Assembly: GCF_009914755.1 (NCBI RefSeq)
Contig: NC_060926.1
Origin: the human T2T-CHM13v2.0 reference genome, Homo sapiens
Length of the DNA stretch: 64,000 bases
Reading direction: 5' to 3' (one strand)
Below are positions 16,016-29,624 of the stretch, piece after piece. A program made the translations under genes and the position numbers. Positions within the stretch are counted from its first letter, which is position 1. Each line of letters starts with the position of its first letter. Below the pieces are notes generated by a model. The model did not search any database. It was not told the DNA's origin and saw only the letters and a program-made list of their open reading frames with translations.

Positions 16016-17220
16016 AATGGGAAAATCTCTTGTGTTCCCACTGGGAAAGAACCATAGGAAAGTTTTTTGATTATACATGTGATAGTACAGCAAAGACTGT
16101 GGGAAAGGGAAATTTTGTTTTATGCACAAAGCAAATTTATTTTGTCACATGACCAGGAATTAGAGAAATTCAGGTAGTAATCCATAAAATGGCTCTTAAA
16201 TTCAGCTCTACGTAGTCTTTGGAAGCTCAAAATAGACAGATTGATTATCTCACAAGCACTTCTCAATGTTATCTTTAAAATAATAAGAGAAAAGAAATAA
16301 GTGCATATAGATATACTCTTATTTGTCACACAAATAACCTGAGAAGTAAAGAATTATTTTCTGTATATCAAATTCATGAGAAAGAGATAAACAAAAGAAT
16401 GTATAAGCTGTTTAAAATGATTTCTTTAAAACACCCACATTCACACAGAATTCCAGGACAATGTGAATATGTTCAGTTTGGAGAGAAGACAATGGGAATT
16501 AAGAGACAATAACTATTTCTTGATAATGAAGGGTCATGATGGAGAAGATGGATTGGATTTATGCTTTCAGAATTAAGCCTAGTAGGAAGAAATGAAAGGG
16601 AATTTGGAGGCCTAACATGAAAGGAACCTCTCACAGTGTGGACCTCCAAAGATGAAATAAGTTGCCTTGTACAGTAGTGAATTTTCTATCCATGGAGCCA
16701 GTCACATAAAGCAATTGTAGAACAATCTAAATAATCAGAGAGGTAGTGGCCTTGGCTGTGATTCCTAAACCAGGATGCCTATCAAAATCAGCTGAGGAGC
16801 TCTTACCCTCTAGATCCTTTCAAACAGTTATTCACTCTTCAGTTCTCTTGGAGTAATCACAATTTCTCTTTATTACAATGCTATAGTTAATATGTGAGAC
16901 AAAGAATTACATGATATTACCACTGCACTACTCCTAATGCATCAGTGGATCTGTGCAGTGACTAAGAACAACTAATATCATAAAAAGAGTGACAACTAGG
17001 AATCCTGTACCTCCTGGCGGAAGTACACACCACATACACCACCTGCTAAGTACTCTTGCCAAAAATTCAAAACTGAGTCTGCAGATGTAGGCCCTGGATT
17101 TAACTTCCAATCGAATTAAATACAAAGGCAGTAGGATAGATTAAATTACACCGTGGAGATTCAATCAGCAAAATTCAGAGTGTTGCTACAGAGAATTTCT
17201 TTAATAAATAACAAGATAAG

Positions 17221-17514
17221 GCCGGGCGCGGTTGTTCACGCCTGTAATCCCAGCACTTTGGGAGGACGAGTTGGGCAGATCACAAGGTCAAGAGATCGAG
17301 ACCATCCTGGCCAACATAGTGAAACCCTCGTCTCTACTAAAAATACAAAAATTAGCTGGGCGTGGTGGCATGCGCCTGTAGTCCCAGCTACTCAGGAGGC
17401 TGAGGCAGGAGAATCGCTTGTACCGGGAGGCAGAGGTTGCAGTGAGCCGAGATCGCACCACTGCACTCCAGCCTGGTGACAGAGTGAGACTCTGTCTCAA
17501 AAAAAAAAAAAAAA
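17221..17514 (+). mobile_element. Alu (AluSc-like)
   Basis: Diagnostic tcaagagatcgagaccatcctggccaac and agcctggtgacag. Confidence 0.93.
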
Positions 17515-17866
17515 AGACAAGTACAGAAGGGGGGAAATCGACATATTAAAAGAGACTTAAGGACATATCAACAAATTGAAATTTATGGGCCTTATTTTTT
17601 CCTAATTTGTTAAAAAAAAGTAATTATGAGATAATGTGTGAATGTTGAAAACTGACTGAATATTTGGGTTTTTTAAAAAAGAATTATTTTTAATTTGTTA
17701 AATGTCATACTGTGTTGTGTTTAATTTTTCTGAGTCCATAAATTTGGAGACACATACTGAAATATGTCTGGGTAAATGATGTGATGCTTGGAATTTACTT
17801 TAAAATAGTCTAGGGTAGGGAAAAGGGGGAGTGTTTGGGGGTATAAGTAAAACAAGAGTCACTGTA

Positions 17867-18058
17867 GGCCAAGTACAGTGGCTCACACCTGTAATCCCAG
17901 CACTTTTGGGAGGCTGAGGCAGGCAGATTGCTTGAGTCCAGGAGCTCAAAACCAGCCTGGGCAACATAGCAAAACCCCATCTCTACAAAAACTACAAAAA
18001 TTAGCCGGGCATGGGGCTGTGCACCTGTAGTCCCAGCTACTTGGAAGGCTGAGGTTGA
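17867..18058 (+). mobile_element. 3'-truncated Alu inside an old L1M-like fragment
   Basis: Left monomer plus partial right monomer, no tail. Confidence 0.85.
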
Positions 18059-18176
18059 GAGATGGGTATTTTGGGGCTTACTATATACTGATCTCTCTAC
18101 CTTTTTATATGTTTGAGATTTTCCAAAATAAAAGTTAAAAATATACAGATTTCTGGGCCCAGACCAGACCTTAGAA

Positions 18177-18433
18177 GTTTTTTGTTTTTTTTTTTTTAGA
18201 CAGAGTCTTGCTCTGTCACCCAGGCTAGAGTGCAGTGGCACAATCTCCTCAGCCTCCCGAGTAGTTGGGATTACGGGTGCCCACCACCATGCCCAGCTAA
18301 TTTTTTTGTATTTTTGGTAGAGACAGGGTTTCACCATCTTGGCCAGGCTGGTCTTGAACTCCTGACCTCGTGATCCACCTGCCTCGGCCTCCCAAAGTGC
18401 TGGGATTACAGGCGTGAGCCAACACACCCGGCC
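18177..18433 (-). mobile_element. Alu with an internal deletion in the right monomer
   Basis: gcacaatctc is joined directly to ctcagcctccc, so a block of consensus is missing. Confidence 0.9.
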
Positions 18434-20148
18434 AGAAGGTCTTATTTATGAGATTTTTGGAGGTCCTGGGAAACTGTATTTTTTCGTTTTCCTTTTAAGC
18501 TGTATTAGAAAAATAATAATAATAAGAGGTGCCAGTGTGAACCTGACTGCCTACAGGATATTATGACTATTATGGGCTCTTTCAACCCTAAGATTCCATG
18601 ACTCAGAGAAGATTATCTTCAGAGCTTTTCCAGTACAAACTTGTCTCAAAAAAAAAAAAAAAATCTTATTTTTCCATTTATCTCAAATCTCCTCCTCTCT
18701 TTAGTAACAATCCTGAAAACTTTCCATGTATGGCTGCCCCTGCTGATGCCATCCACACATGCATTCCTAGGTAACATTAGGCCTCTCTGCTACCCTCGTC
18801 CATCAGGAATCCTCTGTCCTACATTCCAGTTCCATAGGATCCTTTTCCTGCCTAACTCAACATGTACTGATTCAAGCCAAAGATTCAAATAATGGGTGGT
18901 AGTAACTTAATGTATTACCCTTCCTAAAGAAATTTGTTTTCAAATGAATTTTCACTATCTTGACAAAGAATATGAACATTTCAGCCACTGTGTCTTAGGA
19001 GTATTTTTTAGAATATAAGCTTTTTTTTGAGGAAAAAAATCAAGCTCGAATCATACAGAATAGTTGTAAGATATTTTTATGAATGAGTATACATTACCTC
19101 TTAATATTATCTTGTACACATTCTGCATCTACTCGGTATATTTTATCAGGAGCCACTGTAAAATGTTTAAATACTTTCTCCTTCATACAAAATTAAATTA
19201 AGTTGGCTTTAAGGCTATGTACATCATTGTATTTGTATTATTTGGAAATTGGTAATCCATATCTAGTTCTGAAGATTATTTCATTAACTATTACATTTAC
19301 TAGAAACCTCATTTTCCCAATTAATCTATTTGGCCAATTCTCCTTCAGAAAATCTGACACTTAGGACATCAACACTTGGGTCTGGTGACTGCAAGCCTGG
19401 GCCAACCTTGAGAGAAGCACAACTTTCCCTCTGGCAGTTCCTGTATGGAACCGAGTTGGGAAATCTAAGAAGTAGAGGCGACCAAAACCAATGTCATTCA
19501 GACAGTACAACTGGGTCTATTATATGAAGAATCTCAACAGAGAGAAAGGATCCATGTATAAGATAACAAGAGAGGAGGAGGCTTTAAAGGAGAGGGATGG
19601 AAATGGAGCCTGAAGAACCCCTTGGGTTGCAACAAAAACCAAGAGCACTTTTTATAGGGTGGCTTTGACCTTGACTGTGGGTACTGAGGGAGTTCTGAAG
19701 CCATGAAATTTACAAGGACGTTTGATATTAGTAATTTTATTGTTCATTAAAGTTAGTTCTCTTTTATATGCATATATGTCATATTTATAATATACATGTA
19801 TTTGTGTGTTTATATGCCTGTATATATACACATGCACATTCTCAGAAATGACATTCTCTAAATATATTTGGCCTATCCTTAATCTCTCTGGATTTTAGTT
19901 TCCTCATCAGATGCTCTTTACATGTTGTCTCTGAAGCATTCTATGATTCTCTATTAATATGCATATGTAGGTATCACTGTTCTGATGTGTGGGAGAGCAG
20001 AGGGATAGAGGATGTTGGGAAGAATGTTCTTAGTTCAGGGAGTTGGTGGTCTGGAAGGGGTGATTAACATGTTGCTGTGTAAAAAAATTCCTGTTGTGTA
20101 ATTCTAAGCTTATACTTTAAAATATATATACATATATATATATTTTAG

Positions 20149-20349
20149 GTTGGCAGAAATTGCACACTCCCTTCTGAAGCTGGCACCATATGACACTCAG
20201 ACAATGGAGAGTCGTGGGCTTCGGCGCTACATCATGGAGATGCTACCCATTACTGACTGGACAGCTGAGGCAGTGAGGCCGGCCCTCATCCTCATTTTAA
20301 AAAGATTGGATAGAATGTTCAACAAAATTCATAAGATGCCTACTTTGAG
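20149..20349 (+). CDS. UNC80: UNC80 coding exon (201 nt): LAEIAHSLLKLAPYDTQTMESRGLRRYIMEMLPITDWTAEAVRPALILILKRLDRMFNKIHKMPTL(R)
   Basis: Acceptor tattttag, donor AG|gtgaga; ORF 20150..20353. Confidence 0.95.
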
Positions 20350-22479
20350 GTGAGAATGCCTCCGAGTTAGCTGTTGCTATCACAAATGTCAAAGTTAAGA
20401 TTTGTCATTTTTTAAGATGGTGGATCATTCTGGAGTTGAATGGATGACTTGAAAGTTTTCTTTGGTATATGTGCATAGTTAATAGGGTCTATGAATGCCT
20501 AAGTAGCAAAGCCTACATTTTGAGAAAAATAACATTTTCTTTAAAAGTATATGTGCTCATCTTGAAAAAAATCTATCCATTTCTTAGCTATCATGCTCCT
20601 CATCTGACACATATAAAAATTTCAATTAGTACCCTTTAATCCCTTTTAAAATAAGGGAGGGTTGGCCTTATAAATGAAACAACTAATGAGAAAAGAAAAG
20701 GAATTTTATGTTCAAAATACTATATTTAACATAGCTAGTTAACATATTTAGGTACCAGTTTAGAGAAATTCCAAGCTTTACAATAATCGCCAAGCAGAAG
20801 CTTAAAAATTCGCAGGATTGAAAACAAACACCTAGTTTTCACTTTTTTACCTAATTCAGTGTGGTACTAAATGAACACTATTAATGCTTGATCTTTGTTC
20901 AGTGACCTGGGAAATATTAATTGGTAGCCTACATATTAGCAGATGTTTTTGAACCACTCTACTTAGAGATGTGAGCCGAGTTTGGAAACTGTAGTGATAG
21001 TGAGCAGATAGTTCAACAGATTAACACTGGTAAACCCACTTACTCGGAAATTTCAAGTTTAGGTTAGTGAGAAAATTTTCTGTCCTTTTAAACTAAACCC
21101 AAAAATCAGTGTGACTCCTTCCCAAGAATTTATAGCACTTAATGTTCAATTCATCAGAATTTTTCAGGTATTAGTCCATAATCTCCTTCACACTAATCCA
21201 GCTTTCAGGAGTCATTAAAAAAACAAATGGAAAAGTTTTATTCTAATAATTGATTATTTGTTTTTATATTCTTTTATACCGTGGTGATGACTACCTATAC
21301 ATTATTTCAAGGTTATTTATTTCAATGGCATGGAAATGCTTGTTTTAAAACACTATTTCTTTAGTGATCCCAATAGAACATTTGTGTCTATCAGCAAATG
21401 GCTTATCAAAGATTTATAACTGTCTCACAAGGGTGCGTCAAAATAAATTCCTTTCTTAAATACTTCATATCTAAAGACGTTAAACATCTCCAAAAATGAC
21501 CCATTTATGCTTCCCGAAAGTAGATTTCTGGATTAGTACATAGGCTTGGTCAGTTATAGGCAATTTTCTCGGGAGATAGGCTATGAATATGGAGTTGGCT
21601 TGGATTTAAATTCATTAGGTGATCTCAGTTCAACACAAGAAATGTTGACTGAACCTGACCTGCATATTACCTTCAGTGTCGGAGATGTCACATAGCCTCA
21701 TTTATGAATACATTTCCATTTGTCATTGCAGATTCCATTTCGCTAGAAAATATAAGCTTAGAAAGTATTGCCAGGAAAATATAAGGAAATACTGTTAATA
21801 TCAGTAAAGCCCAAGCTGTTTATTTTGGGGCCACAGGGATGAATCAGTACTAGAAGAATTATGAAATGGATTGACTTTTATTACAGAAAATCCCATATTC
21901 ATTTAATTGGGTTATGTATACAGTAACACCATTTATACTACCATAGAAAGTAGCCAAAAAATACATATCATGTCTTGGGAGGCCAAGAAAGAACATTGTT
22001 TAAATAAACTATTTTCTTCTAATGTGATCTTCTTGGCAGGAGTTAAGCTATATAAATCAAATTAGTGGTAGTCTGGTGTAAAAACTGATGGGCGTGTGTA
22101 ATCTGATAAACAGGTTTCAGAAATGTAGCTGGGGTCAGATTAGTTCTATTGGGAGTAATTACCCCTGTGATCAGTTTTCTATGATGGTAGTCTTAGGACC
22201 CTCTGTCAAAGCTAAAACCAGGGAAATTAAAATGCAACCCATTCATCATCTCTGTTTTTTCTTCAATAGATTTAGTCGAGTGGGGCAGGCCTGCCTCTGC
22301 TACGTTTTCAGTATCTTCTTCCCCTCCCAGTATGCTCTGTGCTTTTGGAACAATATGGGTAAACTTCATCCCAGAGACACATCCTGTCTTAGATGGCATC
22401 AGAATCACTGTCTCATTCACTTGTTTCAGACTCTCCAGAAGGGAGCCAAGACGCTAATGGCGCCTATATTGTATTCCAG

Positions 22480-22603
22480 GCGACAGGTTGAGTGGGAGCC
22501 TGCCAGCAATTTGATTGAAGGGGTTTGTTTGACACTTCAGAGGCAGCCAATCATATCCTTCCTGCCTCACCTTAGGTCACTGATCAATGTCTGTGTCAAT
22601 CTG
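22480..22603 (+). CDS. UNC80: UNC80 coding exon (124 nt): RQVEWEPASNLIEGVCLTLQRQPIISFLPHLRSLINVCVNL
   Basis: Acceptor ttgtattccag, donor CTG|gtgagt; 3' part of ORF 22088..22630. Confidence 0.95.
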
Positions 22604-23543
22604 GTGAGTAGCCAAGTGGCAATCTTATGAAACTTTGCACAATGTAACTCTGCTATTGACTTCTCTGAATTGAAGATTTACAGGTCAACCACTTTGTGCC
22701 CCTATCTGCCCATGAAAACAGACGGCTCAGGTGACACTGAAAATAGTGAGGTACATTTCAAGGTGGTGTGTGGGGAGATCCAGGAACCCATCCCTACACA
22801 GAAGGGATTTTGGTGTGCTGCTTCCCATGCACTACTTTGACAATTCACCTCTTCAAGTTGCGCTGAGAGTTGAGGGCTGCCAGTTGGAGAGTGGGGTGGC
22901 GGAGCCTGCACAATTGGCTAGAAGTTGAGGTAGTCTGGGGTGGGGAACTTAAAATGCAAAGAGGATATTTTTCTCTTATGGTGCAAAATGACACTATGAG
23001 TTGGCCAGTCTAGGATTTATGTGAAGAAAAAAAAATTTAATTGTTTATGTAATATCTAGAGTCTGGTCCTGACAAGGTTTTGTAAAATGTGTGGAAACCA
23101 TCTTAGAGCATCTCATTAAATAGGACCTGCTGCTTCACTAGTTGAGCAATAAGTCTGTAGTTGGAATGCCTAGTGCAAATAGAGCTGTTGCCATCATCAT
23201 TGTTGTCAGTATTTGCTCCATCAAGGAATGTTGACCGCATTCCTTTGAATTCACAACTAAGTGTCCAATCTCCTGATTAGAATAGCTTTTTGGTTCATCT
23301 CTCATTATTTACATAGTTAACTATAAACAACATTCTACAAAACCTTGGCTGAATTCAGTGTAATGTTCGATCTGACTCCAGACATTACATGCCTTCAGAA
23401 GGCAACAAGAAAGAAAAGATTGAAAGTAACATGTCCAACCTTCAATTTATCATTTTTATTATCATCATCATTGAGACTCCTTTACTACGGTTGCATGAAA
23501 TTGCAATAGTCAAGGCTGGTCATGTGCTCTGTTTGTATTTCAG

Positions 23544-23669
23544 GTGATGGGAGTGGTAGGACCTTCCAGTGTTGCTGATGGATTACCCCTTCTTCATCTC
23601 AGCCCTTATCTCTCACCACCTCTGCCCTTCAGCACAGCTGTTGTCCGGCTTGTAGCATTGCAGATACAG
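23544..23669 (+). CDS. UNC80: UNC80 coding exon (126 nt): VMGVVGPSSVADGLPLLHLSPYLSPPLPFSTAVVRLVALQIQ
   Basis: Acceptor tgtttgtatttcag, donor CAG|gtgtga; phase 0-0. Confidence 0.93.
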
Positions 23670-24912
23670 GTGTGACTGCCTTACCTGTTTGTCACGCTCA
23701 TTAAGTTGCTGGTTGAGGCACCAGATCATGGTGTTCTCGTTTTTTTCTGCAAAGGCTGGGCAAAATCTGTGAAACAAAAGTGTAAACATCTCTAAACTTT
23801 TATAGATTTGGAGCTTCAGCCCTGAGCTTGGCCCTAAGTTGTGCTTCTGTAATTCTTCTTGAGATCTCAAATATAGCAGAGTCATTTAGTCCTGCCACAA
23901 CTTCAGGAACCACTTCAGTCATTGAAAATGTGTGCAAAATAATGGTTCACAGATAATCAGCTCACAATTGTTAATTAAAAGGCAGTAATATTCACAATCT
24001 GGTTTTAAATTATTTTCAGAAAGAATTGCAATATAAAATTCTTTCAAATGTTATCACTAGACTTTGAATATCTTAATTTTCTTTAATGATTGTGGGTTGA
24101 ATATTATGAGTGCTTTTTTAAAGAAAGTTCTCCCCCTTTATTTATTTCTTAAAATTAAAATAATCATTCCCAAGGCAAAAAAAAAAAAAAAAAAATTGCA
24201 GAATCCCGTCTCCTGAGTATTTCTGTGTGTCACCCAGTTTTAGAGAATGGTAAATCACTGGAAAGCTCCATAATCAATGGAAAGTACACAACTGATGTAA
24301 ATGGATAACTGACCATCCGTCGTTTGACAACCAAGCTTGATGGCTCATCATCCAGAGAATGGGTAGATGGTAGAAAAGAGATCAAGTAAGAGCTGTGGCT
24401 ACTGTGCAGAAGAGAAACAGTGACATCCCTAAAGTGATACACTTTAATAACTTGCGTACAAAGATCACATATTTCTTTGTATATTGCATATTGTTTCCTG
24501 GCTTGAAGAAGGCCTTTCATGGCAGGGGCCAGAGGAATAACTACCAAAAGGAGCAAGTGAGAAGTTCTGATTTTCTTCCTTCTCCTTTGTTGTTAAAATA
24601 TTTATTGGTAGAAAAATAGAGAAAATTAATGGGGACATGAAGTTGTTTTTGTACCTGACCATAAGTATTCTAATTTTTCATTTAATATTCAAGATGTTAC
24701 TATCTTTTTAGGTGTATAGCTCTCAATTATATCAAGACAATGGTAAAGTATCAGTTTTGAGTGAAGCTTGTATGCTGTACAGACAACAATTGAACTCATA
24801 GTTTACAGGAGCAGCCAGCAGGGAGTCACCGTCTCCATCATACTGTGTAAAAACAAACATACTAAATGGGTGTGGTGGTCAATTAATCTTTTCTTCTATT
24901 ATTGCTGCACAG

Positions 24913-25036
24913 GCTTTAAAAGAAGATTTTCCTTTAAGCCATGTGATCTCCCCATTCACCAATCAAGAGCGAAGGGAGGGGATGCTTTTAAATCTGCTCA
25001 TCCCATTTGTGCTCACAGTAGGATCTGGAAGCAAAG
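24913..25036 (+). CDS. UNC80: UNC80 coding exon (124 nt): ALKEDFPLSHVISPFTNQERREGMLLNLLIPFVLTVGSGSK(D)
   Basis: Acceptor attgctgcacag, donor AAG|gtctga; overlaps ORF 24943..25137. Confidence 0.93.
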
Positions 25037-25775
25037 GTCTGATTAATTTAACTAAAGGAAATTTATCATTGTTGTTGTGTTCTCTTAAATGTCAGGCTGT
25101 TATTTCTTTTTCCTGTTCCCATGAAGGCTATCACTGAAGTCAGTCTGAATGATTTAAATAGGGTCATCTTAGGAAATAAGAGTTTTTCTTTCTTTTCAGT
25201 TTAGCTACCTGGGACCAGAGTTTCTCTGCTCTACTTCTTAGGAGATACGTCCTATTTAAAGTCATTTCAGTACAGCAAAAATCAGGGGAACAGTCATTCA
25301 ATTCAGTTGAGAAAATGGTATTCGTTGAAGTACAATATAAGAATTGACAGGTGAACAAACTTGTACAACCTACGTGGACACTGGGTTTAGCAGAAATCCT
25401 GCCACTGTCATTAAATTCCAATGTATTTTCATTACTCTTTCTTCTTAGGGGTAGAGGGATTCTTTTAGGAAAAGTTTGTCTCAAATGTAAGTACAGTGCA
25501 TCATGAGTATTTGCAAAAAGAAAGGAGATTGAAATGGTAAGCGAGACATTTGGCTAAGACCACAGGTTGTTGGGTACCCACTATGGAGAAAATACTCAGG
25601 TGCCAGGAACACTGTTTCTGTCCATTGGTGAAGCTGTACTTGATGGGAAACACCTGAATTTCTAGGGTGTTGTAGTTTGGACTTGGAAAGAGCTGAGTTT
25701 TTCTGTATCTACTGTGGACAGTCTACCTTGTGATGTTTTTCTTTCCACTTCCGTCTTCCAAATTCTGCCCCTCAG

Positions 25776-25982
25776 ATAGCCCATGGCTGGAGCAGCCTGA
25801 GGTGCAGCTGCTGCTGCAGACAGTCATCAATGTACTCCTCCCACCGCGGATCATCAGCACATCCAGGAGCAAGAACTTCATGTTAGAGAGCTCCCCAGCC
25901 CACTGCTCCACCCCTGGGGATGCGGGGAAAGACTTGCGCAGGGAAGGGCTGGCTGAGTCCACCAGCCAAGCAGCATACTTGG
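25776..25982 (+). CDS. UNC80: UNC80 coding exon (207 nt): SPWLEQPEVQLLLQTVINVLLPPRIISTSRSKNFMLESSPAHCSTPGDAGKDLRREGLAESTSQAAYL(A)
   Basis: Long pyrimidine tract ending ccctcag, donor TGG|gttggt; inside ORF 25730..26053. Confidence 0.94.
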
Positions 25983-27284
25983 GTTGGTACTTTCTCTCTC
26001 TCTCTCTCTGTTTGTGCATGTGTATGTATATGTATGTGAAAATATATGTGTAGATAGATAGATAAATAAATAAATAGATGTACTTAGTTAAGTTCCAACT
26101 TAACTCAGAAAGAATTTAGAGAGACCTCAAACCAGAATGTATTTAAAGAGACCTCAATCCAGAATGTATTTAAAGAAGCCACTTGAACAAGAAACATTAC
26201 CCTTGCAAAAAAAGTCTGGTTTCCTTCAGTAAACATATGCCAAAAAACAACGTGGTTTCACATCTGCCATGCCTAAATTACTTGGCTGTTTTATATATGA
26301 GTGTCTGGGCTTGTAAGGAAGGCATCTGCAGTAAAGATTCTTCCATGCTGATTAAGTACCAGATCACTAGTGAGGTTCAGTAGCTGTTATAAGATCTAAA
26401 CTCAGTCTAGTATACAAAGACACAGCATTGCACAACATGTGGGGCTCATTGATCTGTCACCTATATAAATGGAGTTCTGTATTTGGGCAGTCTACATCCT
26501 ATGCTGCAAGATTTGGTGACCTTGCAATATGCTATGCCCCTACTAGCTCTTTTTCCTCCCTTAACATGTCTTTAATCTCCATTTTGATCATTACTCTAGT
26601 GAGGCCAGTCCAGTCCTGCTCCCATAGGCTTCCCAATCCCTTTCCCTCTTTGACTCCTACTTTCCCGTTATCCTATGCTGCCTTTAACCTGGTCGTGACC
26701 CGGGGAGCAATGGAAAGCCACTCTTTGGCCCTGAATGAACTGGGCCAGCAGGAAAAGACCACTCTTGCCATAGCGCTGAGAATAAGTGGCACTGGCAGTG
26801 GGGAATTTCAAAATGAGAAAGTCTTGCCTGATATTTTTCAATTCACCAAAGCAGATATTGGTGAGAAGTATAAGATGAACACAAACACACTGATGAAAAT
26901 GAGTCCTTGGAGTTTGGAGTATGGAGGGGTGTTTGAACTGCCTTATAATGGGATGTGTTTGAAAATGAGGGGATTGACAATGAAAATGAAAAAGGAGAAA
27001 AAGACACAAGGAATGCATGTACCTAGGACTAACCCATATGGATGCTCAGTTGGCCAAGGTATACAAAAGTAGAATTCAAATCTAAGCTCTATCATAGAGC
27101 CCTACATGAAGTTTAGGATTGCACAGAGGATGATGGAGGAAAGGGGCTCACCATGTACAGGAAGGATATGAGAAGACACTTGATGAGTTTCTGTCCTCTC
27201 CACTGTCTGCCTTTTCAGTAAAGAGTTGTTTTTACTTTGTTACATGGCCAGGCTACTGAACCTGTATTTTAAGTTTGTTTTTAC

Positions 27285-27480
27285 ATTTATTTTGAGCACT
27301 TACTGTGCACCAAGCAGTTTTCTGTGCTTTACACTATTACCACATTGAATCCTCTCATCTTCTCAATAACTCTAAGAAGTTAGTGTTATTCTCATTTTAG
27401 GAGTGAAGAGGCTGGGGCCCAGAAAGGTTGAGTAACTTGCCTGAAGGCATATATCTTAATAAGTGACAGAGCTAGAATGA
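27285..27480 (-). mobile_element. MIR
   Basis: ttgagcacttactgtgcacca...ctcattttaggagtgaagaggctggggcccagaaaggttgagtaacttgcc. Confidence 0.75.
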
Positions 27481-28830
27481 GTCTCTGTTCTTGAGTCACT
27501 TTTATACACTGCTATGTCTTAGGCTGATGGAGGTTTAGGTGGAAAGTAGAATGGCAGAAAGCCAAAGTCAGCCAACAGGCCTAGTAACAGTGAAAACGTC
27601 ATCAGAATTATGGTAGAGAAAGAGGAGTGTTGTTTTTTATTTGTTTGTTTGTTTGTTTAGTTGAGGGAAAGGAATTGAGATAAGCAATTGCTGTGAAAAG
27701 TGAGACTTTGAGGAGGAATATGGGTAAGAAGGAATCTTGCAATCTCTCTCTCTGTGTTACATGGCATGGTTCTCTCCTGGAAACATCCTAAAGATGGTAA
27801 AGGCATATGTGACTCTTGAGGATTTTAGAGAATTGGATTTCTGTGTGCATTTAGTCACTCAATGCACTTAAGAAAGATTTTTGTGTTTTCCTAATCAGAA
27901 TCAAAATGTGTTTAGTATACACATTTTTTAGATGCTGAGATTCATGGGCCTTAAGAATGATCAAGAAGACCCAGGTCACTTGACTGCCCCATGGCAGACT
28001 CCATGGTAAAAGCTGTAGTGGCAGAGGGAGCTCCCGTCATAATCTTTGATGTCTTCACAATACTCTGGTTTGTCCTGACACACGGTTTGGGAAATCTGCT
28101 TCCTGAAAAATAAAAATAAATGTAGATTGTGAAGGGCTGCTGGAATCTGAGAGGAAAGAGATATGGACAAATAAATCCAGTAGGGTTTAGTAACAGACGT
28201 AGTGTGTGATGAAGGAAGGTGTTTTTTATTTTTGGAAAGATACCCTGCACGCATTTACTGGTTACCTCTGGGGAGCAGTTTAGTGTGGGGTCAGGAAGGG
28301 AACTGGGAAGGAAAAGGACTTAATATTTTTTAACTTTGTGCACTTCTTCATGGTTTTATTTTACTTTTAGTAACACAAATATTTATTTTTATGGTTAAAA
28401 GAAAAAAGGAAAAGATTTTTAAGATCCATGTTTTAGCTAAGAATGTGAGTGATATGTCCGTATTACCATAAAGTTATTATGATAAAACTTTTGGAAGGTA
28501 AAACGTTAGCCACACATCATGTTTATGAAACATTTTCCTTTCAATTCAGTGGACCACATTGCTCTATATTTTCCAAGATAGTAGTTCTTAAGATGCACTT
28601 AAGAAAGATACTTGAGTAATCTTCATCAGAATCAAAACACTTAGCATACACGTTTTTGTCTCGATGTACAGAATACTCTTGCTCGGGAATACATACGAAG
28701 TTTTTAGAAACATGGAGAGAGCTTAGAAATTTAGAAAATTTCTAAAGGTGCATAAAGGGCTCTGGATGTAGGTTGGGTTCCTCGGAAGCACACGTCCGCA
28801 GGCTCATTTTTCTCTTTTCCCGGTGTGAAG

Positions 28831-29015
28831 CGCTGAAGGTGATTCTCGTCTGCTTTGAGAGGCAGCTCGGAAGCCAGTGGTACTGGCTGAGCCTCCAGGT
28901 GAAGGAGATGGCTCTGCGGAAGGTGGGAGGCCTGGCCCTTTGGGATTTCCTCGACTTCATCGTGCGGACCCGAATACCCATCTTTGTGCTTTTGCGCCCT
29001 TTCATCCAGTGCAAG
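28831..29015 (+). CDS. UNC80: UNC80 coding exon (185 nt): LKVILVCFERQLGSQWYWLSLQVKEMALRKVGGLALWDFLDFIVRTRIPIFVLLRPFIQCK
   Basis: Acceptor tctcttttcccggtgtgaag, donor AAG|gtgtgg; inside ORF 28773..29078. Confidence 0.94.
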
Positions 29016-29464
29016 GTGTGGTGTGTGCTTCTCCTCCTGAAAGTGGCAAGCTCAAATGAATGTGTGGCTCTCTACTGAGGCAGGAATATGGCAGGAGTGC
29101 TCATGGTACCTACTGTTGCCAGTTAGTAGGGCCTGTTAATACCATGCTTGATGAGAAAACCGCCCAAAAATATATTCCAGAGGATAAAAATTTCACACTA
29201 GAAATGCCTTCACAGTAAGAGCTTTGTTGGAGTCTGTAAAACTTTGCCCGCTCCCTACTAATCATCCCCCACTCTACCCACCCAAAAGATTGGTCCAGTG
29301 GAATAGTTTGGAGAATCTTCTATCTTCAGTGACATGACTGAGATCTGATTTTAAATAAACATAAGAAAAACATAGGATACTTAACGTATGTTTTTCCTCC
29401 AAGACCCTCGGTACCCATCTACACTTGGTCTTTTCATGCCTCAGTTTCTTAGGGCAGTGATTTA

Positions 29465-29608
29465 AAACGATGTAATTATTAAGCACTTCCTGTGTAAAGT
29501 GCCGTTCTAGGAACATCACATGCATTACCTTATTTATTCCTCACAACAATGAAATAGGTACAGCAATTAGCCCATTTTATGGATGGAAAATTGAGGCCCT
29601 GAGAATGT
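29465..29608 (-). mobile_element. MIR abutting a UNC80 splice acceptor
   Basis: cccattttatggatggaaaattgaggccctgaga resembles the MIR core. Confidence 0.7.
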
Positions 29609-29624
29609 TATGCCTTCCTTTCAG

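Noticed and set aside
15737-16152. ORFs with ERERER or SLSLSL runs
   Set aside because: Translations of a CT/GA microsatellite
22088-22630. 180-aa ORF
   Set aside because: Only 22480-22603 is exon; the rest is intronic sequence that happens to be open
26428-27072. 214-aa intronic ORF
   Set aside because: TTG start, no recognisable domain or retrocopy hallmarks (poly-A, TSD), and composition typical of degraded repeat or intron
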